A stretch of DNA of 64,000 nt from Sedimentibacter sp. (GCF_033447055.1 NZ_JAWQJF010000061.1:21780-85779); one strand, 5' to 3'. Numbered from the stretch's first letter, positions 29,352 through 39,934 are shown. Numbers and translations: made by a program. Notes: generated by a model not told the origin, from the letters alone.

Positions 29352-29970
29352 AATCCCCAAAATTATTGTTATTACCGGAAGTATTGGAACCGGGAAATCC
29401 ACGGCAGTTAATATAATTAAGGAAATGGGTTTTAAGGTCCTTGATTCGGATAAAATAGTTCATGAAGGCTACAATATAGGTAATACACTTTACAACAAAG
29501 TAGTTAAACATTTCGGGAAGGAAATACTTAATAAAGACAACACAATCGACAGACAAAAATTAGGGCAAATAGTTTTCAATGACAAAGTAAAACTTATATT
29601 TCTTAATAATTTAGTCCATAATTCCGTTGTTGAAGAATTAATAAAAGGTATTAATGAATGTGAAGATGAAGTTATATTTTTAGATATACCCTTGATTTTA
29701 GAGGTAAAAGAAAAAAATGAATTCTATGATTTAAAGTTTGATGAAATTTGGCTTATTTATGTAAATGAGCAAACTCAAAGAGAAAGGCTCTGGAAAAGGG
29801 CAATAATTGAAAATAAAAATCCTGATGATGTATTAAAAATAATCAGTAAACAAATATCTATTGAAGAAAAAGTATCCATGGTTGATGAGGTTATAAACAA
29901 CGAGGGAACAGTTGAGGAACTTGAACAAAAAATTCAGGAACTTCTTAAAACAAAAGGTATAAGGTGGTAA
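29338..29970 (+). CDS. coaE: Dephospho-CoA kinase
   Basis: P-loop GSIGTGKST. Start at ATG 29338 overlaps the polA end. Confidence 0.88.
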   Translation: MKLNKIPKIIVITGSIGTGKSTAVNIIKEMGFKVLDSDKIVHEGYNIGNTLYNKVVKHFGKEILNKDNTIDRQKLGQIVFNDKVKLIFLNNLVHNSVVEELIKGINECEDEVIFLDIPLILEVKEKNEFYDLKFDEIWLIYVNEQTQRERLWKRAIIENKNPDDVLKIISKQISIEEKVSMVDEVINNEGTVEELEQKIQELLKTKGIRW

Positions 29971-29972
29971 TT

Positions 29973-30599
29973 ATGGCAAGAAGACGAAGCAATATGTATG
30001 GTAAAAAGAGAAAAATGAAATACGGACGTATTTTCGGTTTAACTGCAGTAATTATTTTGATAGTGTATTTAATTTTTGCTGTATTTAAAAAAGACGATTA
30101 CGTGACAGCATTAGATGATGTTTTAAACTCTGAAATTGTTGAAATTTCAGGTACAGTCAGCAGCGTTTCCGCAGTGGATATCAATGTTTATTCAAATGAT
30201 GGAATAAGGTATAAAAATCAGCATAAAAACATAAAAAGATTAAACAGTTTTGATGGGACTGTTTCTGATGACTTAGATAAAGCAGAAACTGCAAAAATTT
30301 TAATGGAAAATTTGACTGATGCTAAGGAAACTTCCTTAATTACAGCTCTTCCTGAAAAAGAAAATGGTTATTATTGGCTGGAAGTAAATTTTGTTATTGA
30401 AAACAAAACATTAATTTTTGAGAATAATGAAGAGTACAACTTTGATTTGTATTATGACATTGAAGATGAAAAAATATATGTAAAAGAAAAATATTACAAT
30501 GAATACAGCAAGAAAAACAATAAATTAGAACTTCAAGGGTACGAAGCTGATGAAGAATTTAAAAAATTAATTACCGAGCTGACAAAGACGGTACAATAA
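29973..30599 (+). CDS. Hypothetical membrane-anchored protein
   Basis: Basic N-terminus, a single TM (IFGLTAVIILIVYLIFAVF), then a charged external domain. RBS aaggtgg. Confidence 0.6.
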   Translation: MARRRSNMYGKKRKMKYGRIFGLTAVIILIVYLIFAVFKKDDYVTALDDVLNSEIVEISGTVSSVSAVDINVYSNDGIRYKNQHKNIKRLNSFDGTVSDDLDKAETAKILMENLTDAKETSLITALPEKENGYYWLEVNFVIENKTLIFENNEEYNFDLYYDIEDEKIYVKEKYYNEYSKKNNKLELQGYEADEEFKKLITELTKTVQ

Positions 30600-30600
30600 A

Positions 30601-30633
30601 ATAAGATAAAGGAATACTATTCCTTTATCTTAT
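30601..30633. terminator. Bidirectional terminator (perfect 16-bp inverted repeat)
   Basis: ataagataaaggaata-c-tattcctttatcttat lies between convergent genes. It overlaps the stop codon of the minus-strand gene. Confidence 0.7.
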
Positions 30634-31124
30634 TTTATTATTTCATACGTGCCGCGAACCATAAATAATGCAAAGTTTTCAGCGTAAACGCCTCTGCCGT
30701 CATCTCTTGGTACTATCATAAGATTATTTGGAACTACAGCCATACCGGAAACAAACTCTTTTCCCATAGTTATGTTTGAAATTCCACCTAGTTCAGAACC
30801 GATAACATTAGCTTCTCCCTGCCTTAAAATCAGTTCTGTTCCTGCACCTGCTATTAATTTTTCACCTGCATTAACTTCTACAATTTCCAGGGTCTGTCCG
30901 ACTTCCGATGTGCTTCCTTCTGATGAGCTTAATTTATCTATTTGTACCTGCATATTTTCGATGTTTTCCAAATTGTAATCATCAATCAAAGCAGTTAAAC
31001 GATCATTGAGGTAGCTCAACACAACTATTGGGTCAGTTGTGTCTCCTGGGGAAGCGAAAATAACCGTTGTTAGAGCAAGTGATAATATCAATATTAAAAT
31101 AAAAACTTTTTTCAAATATAACAA
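30630..31124 (-). CDS. Hypothetical secreted protein
   Basis: Signal-peptide-like N-terminus (KKVFILILILSLALTTVIFA/SPG). The exact TTG start is uncertain (31124 or 31115). Confidence 0.6.
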   Translation of the reverse strand: MLYLKKVFILILILSLALTTVIFASPGDTTDPIVVLSYLNDRLTALIDDYNLENIENMQVQIDKLSSSEGSTSEVGQTLEIVEVNAGEKLIAGAGTELILRQGEANVIGSELGGISNITMGKEFVSGMAVVPNNLMIVPRDDGRGVYAENFALFMVRGTYEIIK

Positions 31125-31308
31125 CTCCCTTAATAGTATAAATACATTTTATCTTAAAATAACAAATATTTCAACATAAACTGACACAAATTTCATAACA
31201 CTATTTGGAATAAATGCTTTCAGGAATATTTCCGAGGTAATAAATAGTTAGAATGATTTGTTGCATAATGAAAAATGTGGACGTTTTACGAAACAATGTA
31301 ACAAAATA

Positions 31309-31337
31309 TTGAATTTAATAAAATGAAATGATATAAT
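31309..31337 (+). promoter_or_regulatory. Sigma-A promoter for the cell-wall polymer locus
   Basis: TTGAAT (31309-31314), 17-nt spacer, TGaTATAAT (TATAAT at 31332-31337). It predicts a leader of about 130 nt. Confidence 0.55.
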
Positions 31338-31474
31338 TGCAAAGTGGAAAAAACCATATGAGAAGGTTGGTACGCATAAATAAAAAAATTAGAAGAACTT
31401 ATATTGATTTTAAGATATTAATATGATATTGTACTTAGATTAGATATTGGATATTGCACTGAAAGGGAGATAAA

Positions 31475-33625
31475 ATGAAGTTAAATAAAATTGATAAAAT
31501 AGTGCTCTTATTGATTTGTCTTACACTTGTTGTTGGCGTATTTACGATATATCAGAGAGTTCAAATAGAAAAGCAATATAAGGCTGCTGAAATTGTTCTT
31601 GATTTTAATGAAATGAAGAAATTTTCAGACAGCTCAGAAGAAGAATTGAGCTGGTGGCTTAAAGAATTTAAAGATTATAAAGCTCAGTCGGTTGCAATAC
31701 AAGAAGAAACAATAAAACTTCTCATAGAAAGCGGCAAACCTCTGAGAGCAACATTAGTTTCAGAACTGATAAATAATTATAATTGGCAAAATGATTATAA
31801 CAGTGAAATAATATCTTTAATCGAAGAAGGAAAAATTGACTCGAATGATGTTATTGTAACGACAAAAGATAAGTATTTGTTTGATTATATTACTTCGGGT
31901 TTAAAAGAAAGATATATAGATGAATTTTACGACATATATGATTTAGATGATGCTTATTACATAACATTAAATGGTACAAATGATGACTTGTATTATGGTC
32001 AAACAGAAAAAGTTGTTAACCTTGCAGGCGATGGTATATATGAAACTAAAAGTGTTGTGGATTCCAGATTGCTTAATATTGGAATTGGATATGATGAAGA
32101 AAAAATAAATTTAGTAAAAGATGCAGGATTGGATGTTATATTGAGACCAATAAATTTTTCTACATACAGTGAAAAATTAACAGAGGCGTATATAGCTGCT
32201 AATGAGAAATATGGGTTAGAGCCTAGGATGTATATTCTTAACGGTAGTGAAGTACTTGGATATCCTGACAATGAAGTCAGTTTATTGAATTACATAAATG
32301 AAGAAAATATTTCCATTGTTCTTATTGAAAGTGCTACTCAAAGAGAGCATTTAGAGCAGGAAGGGTTAAATGATTTAGTAGAAGATTCAGGATATAATGC
32401 TTTAAGAGCATTTACAATGTGGGATTACATCAGAGAGAGAAATAAATACTATAATTATGAAGGTGCGGAAGAAATTGAAAACACAATGTTCAGAGCAATA
32501 ACTGAACGAAATATAAGAGTTATATATTTTAAACCGTTTTTTGAAGAAGAAGGAAGCACTAAATATTTAACAGATGCGCAGGAGTATGAAAGAACATTTG
32601 CAAGTTTAGAGAACAGATTAAGTGAACATAATATAATACTTGGAAAAGCAAAATCTATTCAAGAATTTCATATAGGGGCAAAAAGGCTTGCTGTATTATC
32701 ATTTGGAATTACATTGGCTGGAGTATTTTTGTTTATAAAAATGTTTAATATAAAATATAAATATGCAGATTATTTATATTTAGCAGCGCTTCCTGCAACG
32801 GTATTACCGCTGGTTATGAGAAGTATCGCAGAAAAAGGATTTGCATTTGCAGCAGCTGTAATATTTTCAAGCATAGCAATATATTTCTTTATGATTCAAA
32901 TTAAAGAAATATATTATTCAGCAAAAGAGTATTCAAAGCTTCAAATTATGATTCGTTCTGCACTTATTTTAACAGGTGCTGTTGCAATTTCTTTGATTGG
33001 AGCTGTATTTGTCGATGCAATGCTTGCTGATGTAAAGTATTTTTTAGAAATGGATATTTTCAGAGGAGTTAAACTTGCCCAAATTATTCCTTTTGGAATT
33101 TTTATGATAATGTATTTAATATATTTTATAAATAATGAAGAGAAGGACCAATTAAAAAGTGCAATAAACGCTGCTGTGAAAATTTTAAACAAGGAAGTTA
33201 AAATTTATTACGGAATAATTGCAGGAATTATAGGAGTGGTAGGTTATATTTATATATCTAGAACAGGGCATGAAACAAATATTCAACCTTCTAGCATCGA
33301 AATGATTTCCAGAAACTTTATGGAATATGTGTTGCTTGCAAGACCAAGAACAAAGGAATTTTTAATTGCATTTCCGGCAATATTTGCAGCTGTTTATGCA
33401 GCAGGTAAAAAATCTGAGTTTTTTACGGCAATATTTATGCTGACATCAGCAATTGGAACATCATCTGTAATTAATACATTTTCGCATTTAAGAACCCCTA
33501 TTTATTTATCATTTGCAAGAACAATTATTGCTCTTGGATTTGGAATAATAATTGGGTGTATTACAGTGATTATTATTGATTGGGTATACAAATTATTTGT
33601 GAAAGTGCAGGAGAGATTGCAGTGA
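31475..33625 (+). CDS. Large polytopic membrane protein of unknown function (I recall csaB-linked DUF5693-type proteins; unverified)
   Basis: 716 aa. One N-terminal TM, an extracytoplasmic domain of about 370 aa, then at least 8 hydrophobic spans. Its stop overlaps the csaB GTG start (GTGA at 33622-33625). Confidence 0.7.
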   Translation: MKLNKIDKIVLLLICLTLVVGVFTIYQRVQIEKQYKAAEIVLDFNEMKKFSDSSEEELSWWLKEFKDYKAQSVAIQEETIKLLIESGKPLRATLVSELINNYNWQNDYNSEIISLIEEGKIDSNDVIVTTKDKYLFDYITSGLKERYIDEFYDIYDLDDAYYITLNGTNDDLYYGQTEKVVNLAGDGIYETKSVVDSRLLNIGIGYDEEKINLVKDAGLDVILRPINFSTYSEKLTEAYIAANEKYGLEPRMYILNGSEVLGYPDNEVSLLNYINEENISIVLIESATQREHLEQEGLNDLVEDSGYNALRAFTMWDYIRERNKYYNYEGAEEIENTMFRAITERNIRVIYFKPFFEEEGSTKYLTDAQEYERTFASLENRLSEHNIILGKAKSIQEFHIGAKRLAVLSFGITLAGVFLFIKMFNIKYKYADYLYLAALPATVLPLVMRSIAEKGFAFAAAVIFSSIAIYFFMIQIKEIYYSAKEYSKLQIMIRSALILTGAVAISLIGAVFVDAMLADVKYFLEMDIFRGVKLAQIIPFGIFMIMYLIYFINNEEKDQLKSAINAAVKILNKEVKIYYGIIAGIIGVVGYIYISRTGHETNIQPSSIEMISRNFMEYVLLARPRTKEFLIAFPAIFAAVYAAGKKSEFFTAIFMLTSAIGTSSVINTFSHLRTPIYLSFARTIIALGFGIIIGCITVIIIDWVYKLFVKVQERLQ

Positions 33626-34674
33626 AAAAGGTTTTGTTGGCAGGATATTATGGTTTTGGCAATTTAGGAGACGAAGCAATATTGGAGATGGCACTAGAGC
33701 AGATCCTGGAAATAACAGAAAGAAATAATATTACAATATTATCTGGAAATAAAGAAGCAACAAGAAAAAAATACAATATTGATACTATAGACCGTTACAA
33801 TGTGTTTTCTATAATTAAAAAATTAAAATCATCTGATGTTCTTGTTTTTGGTGGTGGAAGTCTTTTGCAGGATGTTACAAGCAAAAGGAGTATTTATTAT
33901 TATTTGTTTTTAATAAGGCTTGCAAAATTCATGAATAACAAAATTGTTATGCTTAGCCAGGGAATTGGGCCTATAATAAATGAAAAAAGCAAGAGCGCAG
34001 TATCAAGCACTTTGAGAATGGTTAATTATATAACAGTGAGAGATAAGCATTCAAAAGAATTTCTCGAAAGTTTAGGCGTAGATAAAAAAAAAATATTTCT
34101 TTCCACTGATCCTGTAATAAACTTAAGAACCGGAAAAATCATAAAAAAACAGCAAAATTGCACAAAGAAAGTTTGCTTTTCACTGAGAAATTGGAAAAAT
34201 GCCAATGTAAGTGAAAAAATAAGCCAGGTTGCAGATAAACTTATTAAAAATGGGATTGAATGTCATTTTATACCCTTTTATTACAATGAGGATTTAGAAC
34301 TTATCAATGAAGTTGAAAAAAATATAGGTACTAAAGCTGTTTATTACAAAGAGAGGCTTTCTACAAGAGAAGCTTTTGATATAATCATAAATATGGATGT
34401 TATGGTGGGAGTGAGACTACATTCGTTAATATTTGCAGCAGCAGCAAATGTACCCTTTGTGGCGGTTTCATATGATCATAAAGTTGATCATTTTGTAAAC
34501 AGCGTAAGTATGAAAGTAGCATGCAAAATTGACAATATTGATGTCGAGCTTTTATGTGATGAAATTATTAAAAAAATTGAAAATGAAGACGAAGAAAAGA
34601 AAATACTTCAAGAAAGCGTATTGAAGTTAAGAGAATTAACAAATATAAATTATAAAATATTAAAGGAAATATAG
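33622..34674 (+). CDS. csaB: Polysaccharide pyruvyl transferase CsaB
   Basis: N-terminus KKVLLAGYYGFGNLGDEAILE and a later VGVRLHSLIFAA motif. GTG start at 33622 follows GGAGAG. Confidence 0.85.
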   Translation: MKKVLLAGYYGFGNLGDEAILEMALEQILEITERNNITILSGNKEATRKKYNIDTIDRYNVFSIIKKLKSSDVLVFGGGSLLQDVTSKRSIYYYLFLIRLAKFMNNKIVMLSQGIGPIINEKSKSAVSSTLRMVNYITVRDKHSKEFLESLGVDKKKIFLSTDPVINLRTGKIIKKQQNCTKKVCFSLRNWKNANVSEKISQVADKLIKNGIECHFIPFYYNEDLELINEVEKNIGTKAVYYKERLSTREAFDIIINMDVMVGVRLHSLIFAAAANVPFVAVSYDHKVDHFVNSVSMKVACKIDNIDVELLCDEIIKKIENEDEEKKILQESVLKLRELTNINYKILKEI

Positions 34675-35453
34675 TGATGGATAAGTTAAGCATAATGGGC
34701 GTAAGGATTGACAATAAGTCTATGGATGAAGTACTTCAGACGGTAGAATATAAATTGTCAAAAGGAGAAAAATATATTATATATACTCCTAATACAGAAA
34801 TTATTATGATGTGTCAAAATGATGCTGAGTTTTTAAATTATATGAATAAATCTGATATTAATATTCCTGATGGAATAGGGCTTGTATATGCATCTAAAAT
34901 TAAAAATCATCCTTTGAAGGGAAAAGTAGCAGGGTTTGATTTGTCAATGAAATTATTGGAATTGGCTGAAAAAAAGTCACTAAAGCTTTATGCTGTTGGC
35001 GGGAAACCTGGTGTAGCAGAAGATGCATTGAAAAATATTCATGATAAATATCCAAATATTAATATAGCAGGCAGTCATCACGGATATTTCAAAGGTGCTC
35101 ATCTAGGCCAGGGTGGACACGAAGAAGAACTCAAAGTTGTTGAAGAAATCAACAAACAAGAACCGGATATTTTATTTGTTGGTTTTGGAGCTAAAAAGCA
35201 AGAGCAGTGGATAGAATATAATAAAGATAAAATTAACGCTAAAATTATTATAGGAAATGGCGGAACCATAGATGTTTTAGCAGGTAACGTAAAGAGAGCT
35301 CCTGACTTATATGTAAAATTAGGTCTTGAATGGTTTTATAGACTTATTAAAGAGCCAAACAGAATATCGAGACAAATAGTGTTGCCGGTATTCATGCTTA
35401 AAGTAATTTTTGGAAATAAAAATATAGTAGAAGAAATCAAATATGGAGGATAA
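34674..35453 (+). CDS. tagA: WecB/TagA/CpsF-family glycosyltransferase (N-acetylmannosaminyltransferase-like)
   Basis: Motifs [24 protein letters not shown] and GLEWFYRL. The start is GTG 34674 or ATG 34677. Confidence 0.85.
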   Translation: MMDKLSIMGVRIDNKSMDEVLQTVEYKLSKGEKYIIYTPNTEIIMMCQNDAEFLNYMNKSDINIPDGIGLVYASKIKNHPLKGKVAGFDLSMKLLELAEKKSLKLYAVGGKPGVAEDALKNIHDKYPNINIAGSHHGYFKGAHLGQGGHEEELKVVEEINKQEPDILFVGFGAKKQEQWIEYNKDKINAKIIIGNGGTIDVLAGNVKRAPDLYVKLGLEWFYRLIKEPNRISRQIVLPVFMLKVIFGNKNIVEEIKYGG

Positions 35454-35455
35454 AA

Positions 35456-36100
35456 TTGAAATTATTTATTGATACAGCAAATGTTGATGAAATTAAAAAA
35501 GCAAATGACATGGGTGTTATTTGCGGAGTTACAACAAACCCATCTTTAATAGCAAAAGAAGGAAGAGTGTTTAAGGAAGTTGTAAAAGAAATTACTCAAA
35601 TTGTTGATGGTCCTATAAGTGCTGAAGTAATAAGTCTCGACTGCGAAGGAATGGTAAGAGAGGCAATTGAGCTTGTTAAAATGCATAAGAATATAATTAT
35701 TAAAATTCCAATGACGATTGAAGGATTAAAAGCTGTAAAAATTCTTCATAGAGAAAATATTAAAACAAATGTTACATTGATTTTTTCAGCAAGTCAAGCT
35801 CTCTTAGCAGCTAAAGCAGGCGCAGCATATGTTAGTCCTTTTGTTGGAAGGCTTGATGACATAAGTTGCGACGGAATGGAACTGATTTCTGAAATAGTTG
35901 ATATATTCAGCAATTACAATATTGAAACAGAAATAATTGCAGCCAGCATAAGACATCCAATGCATGTAACAAAGGCTGCCAGACTTGGATGTCACATAGC
36001 TACAGTTCCGTATAAAGTTATAGTTCAAATGACAAAGCATCCATTGACAGATAAAGGTATAGACCAGTTTCTTAAAGATTGGGAAACAGTACCAAGATAA
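35456..36100 (+). CDS. fsa: Fructose-6-phosphate aldolase / short transaldolase
   Basis: 214 aa. Motifs [16 protein letters not shown] and SPFVGR. TTG start after GGAGGA. Confidence 0.88.
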   Translation: MKLFIDTANVDEIKKANDMGVICGVTTNPSLIAKEGRVFKEVVKEITQIVDGPISAEVISLDCEGMVREAIELVKMHKNIIIKIPMTIEGLKAVKILHRENIKTNVTLIFSASQALLAAKAGAAYVSPFVGRLDDISCDGMELISEIVDIFSNYNIETEIIAASIRHPMHVTKAARLGCHIATVPYKVIVQMTKHPLTDKGIDQFLKDWETVPR

Positions 36101-36153
36101 AAAGAGGAGAGCAAATCAGGATTTTACTAAAGAATTCTAAAAAGGGAGAAATT

Positions 36154-36972
36154 ATGAATAATGAAGATATGAAAGTCGTAGCTCAAAATATAAGAAAAAA
36201 TATTTTAACTATGATTCATGAAGCAAAATCAGGACACCCTGGAGGATCTCTTTCAGCGGTAGAGATTATGACGTATTTGTATTACAAGGAAATGAATATT
36301 GTTGACTGTAAGGATGAGAATCGCGATAGATTTGTTCTTTCAAAAGGTCATGGGGCACCAGCTTTATATTCTGTCCTTATGGAAAAAGGATTTATAGGCA
36401 AAGATTTAATTGGAACTTTGCGTCAAGTGAATTCTAAACTTCAGGGACATCCGGATATGAGAAAAGTTCCGGGAGTTGAAGCATCAACCGGCTCTTTAGG
36501 GCAGGGACTCTCTATAGCAAACGGTATGGCTCTTGCTTTCAAACTTGATAAAAAAGAAAATAGAGTATTTGTACTTATTGGCGATGGTGAGATGCAGGAA
36601 GGAATGATTTGGGAAGCTGCAATGCTTGCAAATCATTATAAACTTGATAATGTAACAGCTATATTAGATCACAACGGTCTGCAAATAGATGGAAGAAATA
36701 GCGATGTTATGACAATTGAACCTATTGACGAAAAGTGGAGAGCATTTGGCTGGCATGTAATTAAAGCTGATGGACATGATTTTAACTCCCTTGAAAAAGC
36801 ATTTGAAGAAAGAAAGACTGTAAATGGAAAACCAGCAGTAATTATTGCTGAAACAACAAAGGGAAAGGGTTGTTCTTTCATGGAAGATAAAGCTTCTTGG
36901 CATGGGAAAGCACCAAATGATGAAGAATTTTGTACAGCAATGGAAGAAATAGGAGGTGGCTTGAATGTCTAA
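36154..36972 (+). CDS. Transketolase, N-terminal (TPP-binding) subunit
   Basis: Motifs GHPGGSLS, GDGEMQEG and HNGLQIDG. Start at ATG 36154 after GGGAGA. Confidence 0.92.
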   Translation: MNNEDMKVVAQNIRKNILTMIHEAKSGHPGGSLSAVEIMTYLYYKEMNIVDCKDENRDRFVLSKGHGAPALYSVLMEKGFIGKDLIGTLRQVNSKLQGHPDMRKVPGVEASTGSLGQGLSIANGMALAFKLDKKENRVFVLIGDGEMQEGMIWEAAMLANHYKLDNVTAILDHNGLQIDGRNSDVMTIEPIDEKWRAFGWHVIKADGHDFNSLEKAFEERKTVNGKPAVIIAETTKGKGCSFMEDKASWHGKAPNDEEFCTAMEEIGGGLNV

Positions 36973-37897
36973 AGCAACAAGAGAAGCATATGGAGAAGCT
37001 CTAAAGCTTCTTGCAGCCAATAATACAAATGTAGTAGTCTTGGATGCGGATTTGTCTGGTTCAACTAAAACCTCTGAATTTAAGAAGGTAAGTCCTGAAA
37101 GATTTTTTAATGTAGGTATTGCAGAACAAAACTTAATAGGAACAGCAGCAGGTATGGCTATAGCAGGGAAAATACCATTTGTAAGTTCTTTCGCAATGTT
37201 TGCAGCAGGAAGGGCATTTGAAATCATAAGAAATACTGTGGCATATCCAAAATTGAATGTTAAAATAGCTGCTACACATGCAGGTCTTACCGTTGGGGAA
37301 GACGGCGCGTCGCACCAGGCAATTGAAGATATAAGTTTAATGAGAAGTATTCCTAACATGACAGTTATTAATCCTGCAGACTGCATCGAAGCTAAACAGG
37401 CAGTATTAAAGGCGGCAGAATATGTTGGACCTGTTTATATAAGACTTGGCAGAATGGCAGTTGAAGATGTGTATGATGATTCTTATGTATTTGAAATAGG
37501 AAAAGGTGTTGAGCTTAAAGACGGCAAAGATGTTACAATTATTGCTACTGGTATAATGGTTCAAAAATCATTGAAGGCAGCTAAACAGTTAAGTGAAGAA
37601 GGCATCGATGCAAGAGTTATAAATATTCACACAATTAAGCCTATAGACAGAGAAATAATTATAAGAGCTGCTAAGGAAACAAAGGCTATTGTTACAGCAG
37701 AGGAACACAACATAATTGGAGGATTAGGAAGTGCTGTCTTGGAAGTTCTTTCTGACGAGTATCCTGTTCCGGTTAAAAGAGTTGGAGTTTTAGATACTTT
37801 TGGAGAATCAGGAAAACCCGAAGACCTTCTTGAAAAATATTTATTGACAGAAACAAATATTGTTGATACGTGTAAGAAAGTTATTGAAATTAAATAA
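36965..37897 (+). CDS. Transketolase, C-terminal (pyrimidine-binding) subunit
   Basis: Motifs FNVGIAEQN and GEDGASHQ. It overlaps the preceding subunit by 8 nt. Confidence 0.92.
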   Translation: MSKATREAYGEALKLLAANNTNVVVLDADLSGSTKTSEFKKVSPERFFNVGIAEQNLIGTAAGMAIAGKIPFVSSFAMFAAGRAFEIIRNTVAYPKLNVKIAATHAGLTVGEDGASHQAIEDISLMRSIPNMTVINPADCIEAKQAVLKAAEYVGPVYIRLGRMAVEDVYDDSYVFEIGKGVELKDGKDVTIIATGIMVQKSLKAAKQLSEEGIDARVINIHTIKPIDREIIIRAAKETKAIVTAEEHNIIGGLGSAVLEVLSDEYPVPVKRVGVLDTFGESGKPEDLLEKYLLTETNIVDTCKKVIEIK

Positions 37898-37915
37898 TAG
37901 TTACAAAGAATAAAA

Positions 37916-37957
37916 AAATAAGTGTTGAAATAAATTTTACGACACTTATTTTTTTTA
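37916..37957 (+). terminator. Intrinsic terminator after the transketolase genes
   Basis: 10-bp stem aaataagtgt / acacttattt (37916-37925 / 37942-37951) running into T8. Confidence 0.65.
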
Positions 37958-38057
37958 AAATTATTGAAAAAATAAATTATTTTTTTCATATTATTGAATA
38001 TACTTAGTATGAATCCAAAAAAAGTTGAAATATTAATAAAAAAACATATATTTTGTA

Positions 38058-38086
38058 TTGACATTAATATAACATCAAGGTATAAT
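38058..38086 (+). promoter_or_regulatory. carD promoter P1 (perfect consensus)
   Basis: TTGACA (38058-38063), 17-nt spacer, TATAAT (38081-38086). Confidence 0.6.
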
Positions 38087-38093
38087 TAAAAAT

Positions 38094-38122
38094 TTGACAT
38101 GAGTTGTTAAATGGTGTATACT
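38094..38122 (+). promoter_or_regulatory. carD promoter P2
   Basis: TTGACA (38094-38099), 17-nt spacer, TATACT (38117-38122). Confidence 0.5.
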
Positions 38123-38144
38123 ATGTGTAATAGGAGGTGATGCG

Positions 38145-38639
38145 ATGTTTAATTTAGGAGATAAGGTAGTATATCCAATGCATGGAGCAGGAGTTATTGA
38201 AACCGTTGAATCAAAGGAGATATTAGGCGAAGTAAAAAATTATTATGTTTTGAAAATGCCAATTGGAGAAATGAAGCTTATGATACCTGTGGATAATGTT
38301 GATAATATTGGCTTGAGGAACATTATTGACAAGAGTGTTGTTGAAGGTGTATATGATATACTGAAGCAAGCAGCTGTATTGAATGATTCTAACTGGAATA
38401 AGAGATTTCGGGACAATATGATAAAAATGAAAACCGGCGATATTTTTGCAGTTGCACAAGTAGTAAGGGATTTGACTTACAGGGATAGAGAAAAAGGCCT
38501 TTCGACCGGAGAAAAGAAGATGCTGATAAGTGCAAAACAAATGATTGTAAGTGAAATAGTTCTTACAACAGAAATGGACAGCATTATCGTACAGGAATAT
38601 ATAGAGAAAATTATAAATGAAGATGCACCGGAACAATAA
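38145..38639 (+). CDS. carD: CarD/CdnL-family RNA polymerase-binding regulator
   Basis: N-terminus FNLGDKVVYPMHGAGVIETVESKEILGEVKNYYVLKMP. 164 aa. Confidence 0.9.
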   Translation: MFNLGDKVVYPMHGAGVIETVESKEILGEVKNYYVLKMPIGEMKLMIPVDNVDNIGLRNIIDKSVVEGVYDILKQAAVLNDSNWNKRFRDNMIKMKTGDIFAVAQVVRDLTYRDREKGLSTGEKKMLISAKQMIVSEIVLTTEMDSIIVQEYIEKIINEDAPEQ

Positions 38640-38799
38640 TTTATTTAATGTGCTAGTGCATATTTCTTTTTTTATTAGGAATTAAGGTGAATTTAATAAT
38701 ATATGTTAATAATTAATTAATACTATAGCCAAATAATAAAAAATATGTTAGAGTTAATAATATAACAAAATTTGGGTATACTTAGAGGGAGGTGATTGT

Positions 38800-39894
38800 A
38801 TGATAGATAAAATTGTAAGAGCGATGATTACTACCATTGGAATATCTTTAGGTGTTTTTATTGGCGTAATGTTAAATCAAAATGGTCTTCTTAAATTTTC
38901 AGGGTTACAAAACATGCTAGTAATAATAAGTATCAGTTTAATTTTTGGAATTATATTTTTTCTTATTTCTGCTAAAATTAAAAAGACTGGGCAAAAGATG
39001 GTCGAAGCTTTTGAAAAAGAATTGTTGAAGTTTTCAACAATGGATATTATATTGGGAGCTCTTGGGCTTATTGTGGGATTTGTTATAGCATTCCTTATAA
39101 GCCAACCATTTTCAGATATCAAATATGTTGGAACGATAGTTTCATTATTGTCATATTTGTTATTTGGATATTTGGGAATAAAAATATCCACAAGAAAAAA
39201 AGACGATGTTATATGGCCACAGTTAAATCTTAAAAAAGTTCAGGCAACTAAGAAAACAGATAAAGGTTCTAAAAAAGAAATTGTTTTTCCTAAAATACTT
39301 GATACTAGCGTAATAATTGACGGAAGAATTTCTGACATATGTAAAACCGGATTTATTGAAGGCACACTTGTTATTCCGGAATTTGTTCTTAAAGAGTTAA
39401 GACACATTGCAGATTCATCAGACAGCCTCAAGAGAAACAGAGGCAGAAGAGGTTTAGATATTTTAAATATTCTTCAAAAAGATGATGCTGTAAATGTATT
39501 GATTGAATCAAAAGATTACGATGACAATATAGAAGTTGATATTAAACTTTTAAAATTAGCAAAAGAGCTTGGTGGAAAAGTTTTGACAAACGATTTTAAT
39601 TTAAACAAAGTTGCAGAGTTTCAAGGTGTTGAAGTTTTAAACATAAACGAACTTGCGAATGCAGTGAAACCTATAGTTCTTCCTGGTGAAGAAATGACTG
39701 TCATGGTTGTTAAAGATGGGAAAGAATCAGGTCAGGGATTGGCGTACTTAGATGATGGTACAATGATTGTTGTTGAAGGCGGCAAAAAGTGTATAGGCGA
39801 TTCAGTTGTAGTTACTGTAACAAGCGTTCTTCAAACTGCTGCAGGCAGAATGATTTTTGCAAAATTAAAAAATGTTATTAATAAAGCAGTATAA
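38800..39894 (+). CDS. PIN/TRAM domain membrane protein (YacL-like)
   Basis: Four N-terminal hydrophobic spans, a PIN segment ([12 protein letters not shown]...[16 protein letters not shown]) and a C-terminal TRAM-like beta segment. Confidence 0.85.
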   Translation: MIDKIVRAMITTIGISLGVFIGVMLNQNGLLKFSGLQNMLVIISISLIFGIIFFLISAKIKKTGQKMVEAFEKELLKFSTMDIILGALGLIVGFVIAFLISQPFSDIKYVGTIVSLLSYLLFGYLGIKISTRKKDDVIWPQLNLKKVQATKKTDKGSKKEIVFPKILDTSVIIDGRISDICKTGFIEGTLVIPEFVLKELRHIADSSDSLKRNRGRRGLDILNILQKDDAVNVLIESKDYDDNIEVDIKLLKLAKELGGKVLTNDFNLNKVAEFQGVEVLNINELANAVKPIVLPGEEMTVMVVKDGKESGQGLAYLDDGTMIVVEGGKKCIGDSVVVTVTSVLQTAAGRMIFAKLKNVINKAV

Positions 39895-39906
39895 ATAAGC
39901 ATAAAT

Positions 39907-39934
39907 AAAAAATACTCATATGAGTATTTTTTTA
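39907..39934 (+). terminator. Intrinsic terminator
   Basis: aaaaaatactca-ta-tgagtatttttt palindrome followed by a T-run. Confidence 0.65.

Noticed and set aside
36664-37386. 240-aa ORF antisense to the transketolase subunit genes (also 36669-36881 and 37133-37315)
   Set aside because: It lies opposite two strongly motif-supported CDSs and has no RBS. Its composition is typical of antisense read-through. Spurious.
37627-38064. 145-aa minus-strand ORF spanning the transketolase 3' end, the terminator and the carD promoters
   Set aside because: It crosses a terminator and promoter elements and translates as low-complexity F/I/N-rich sequence. Spurious.
38223-38636. 137-aa ORF antisense to carD
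   Set aside because: carD is unambiguous on the + strand. The antisense frame is I/F/Y/N-rich with no RBS.
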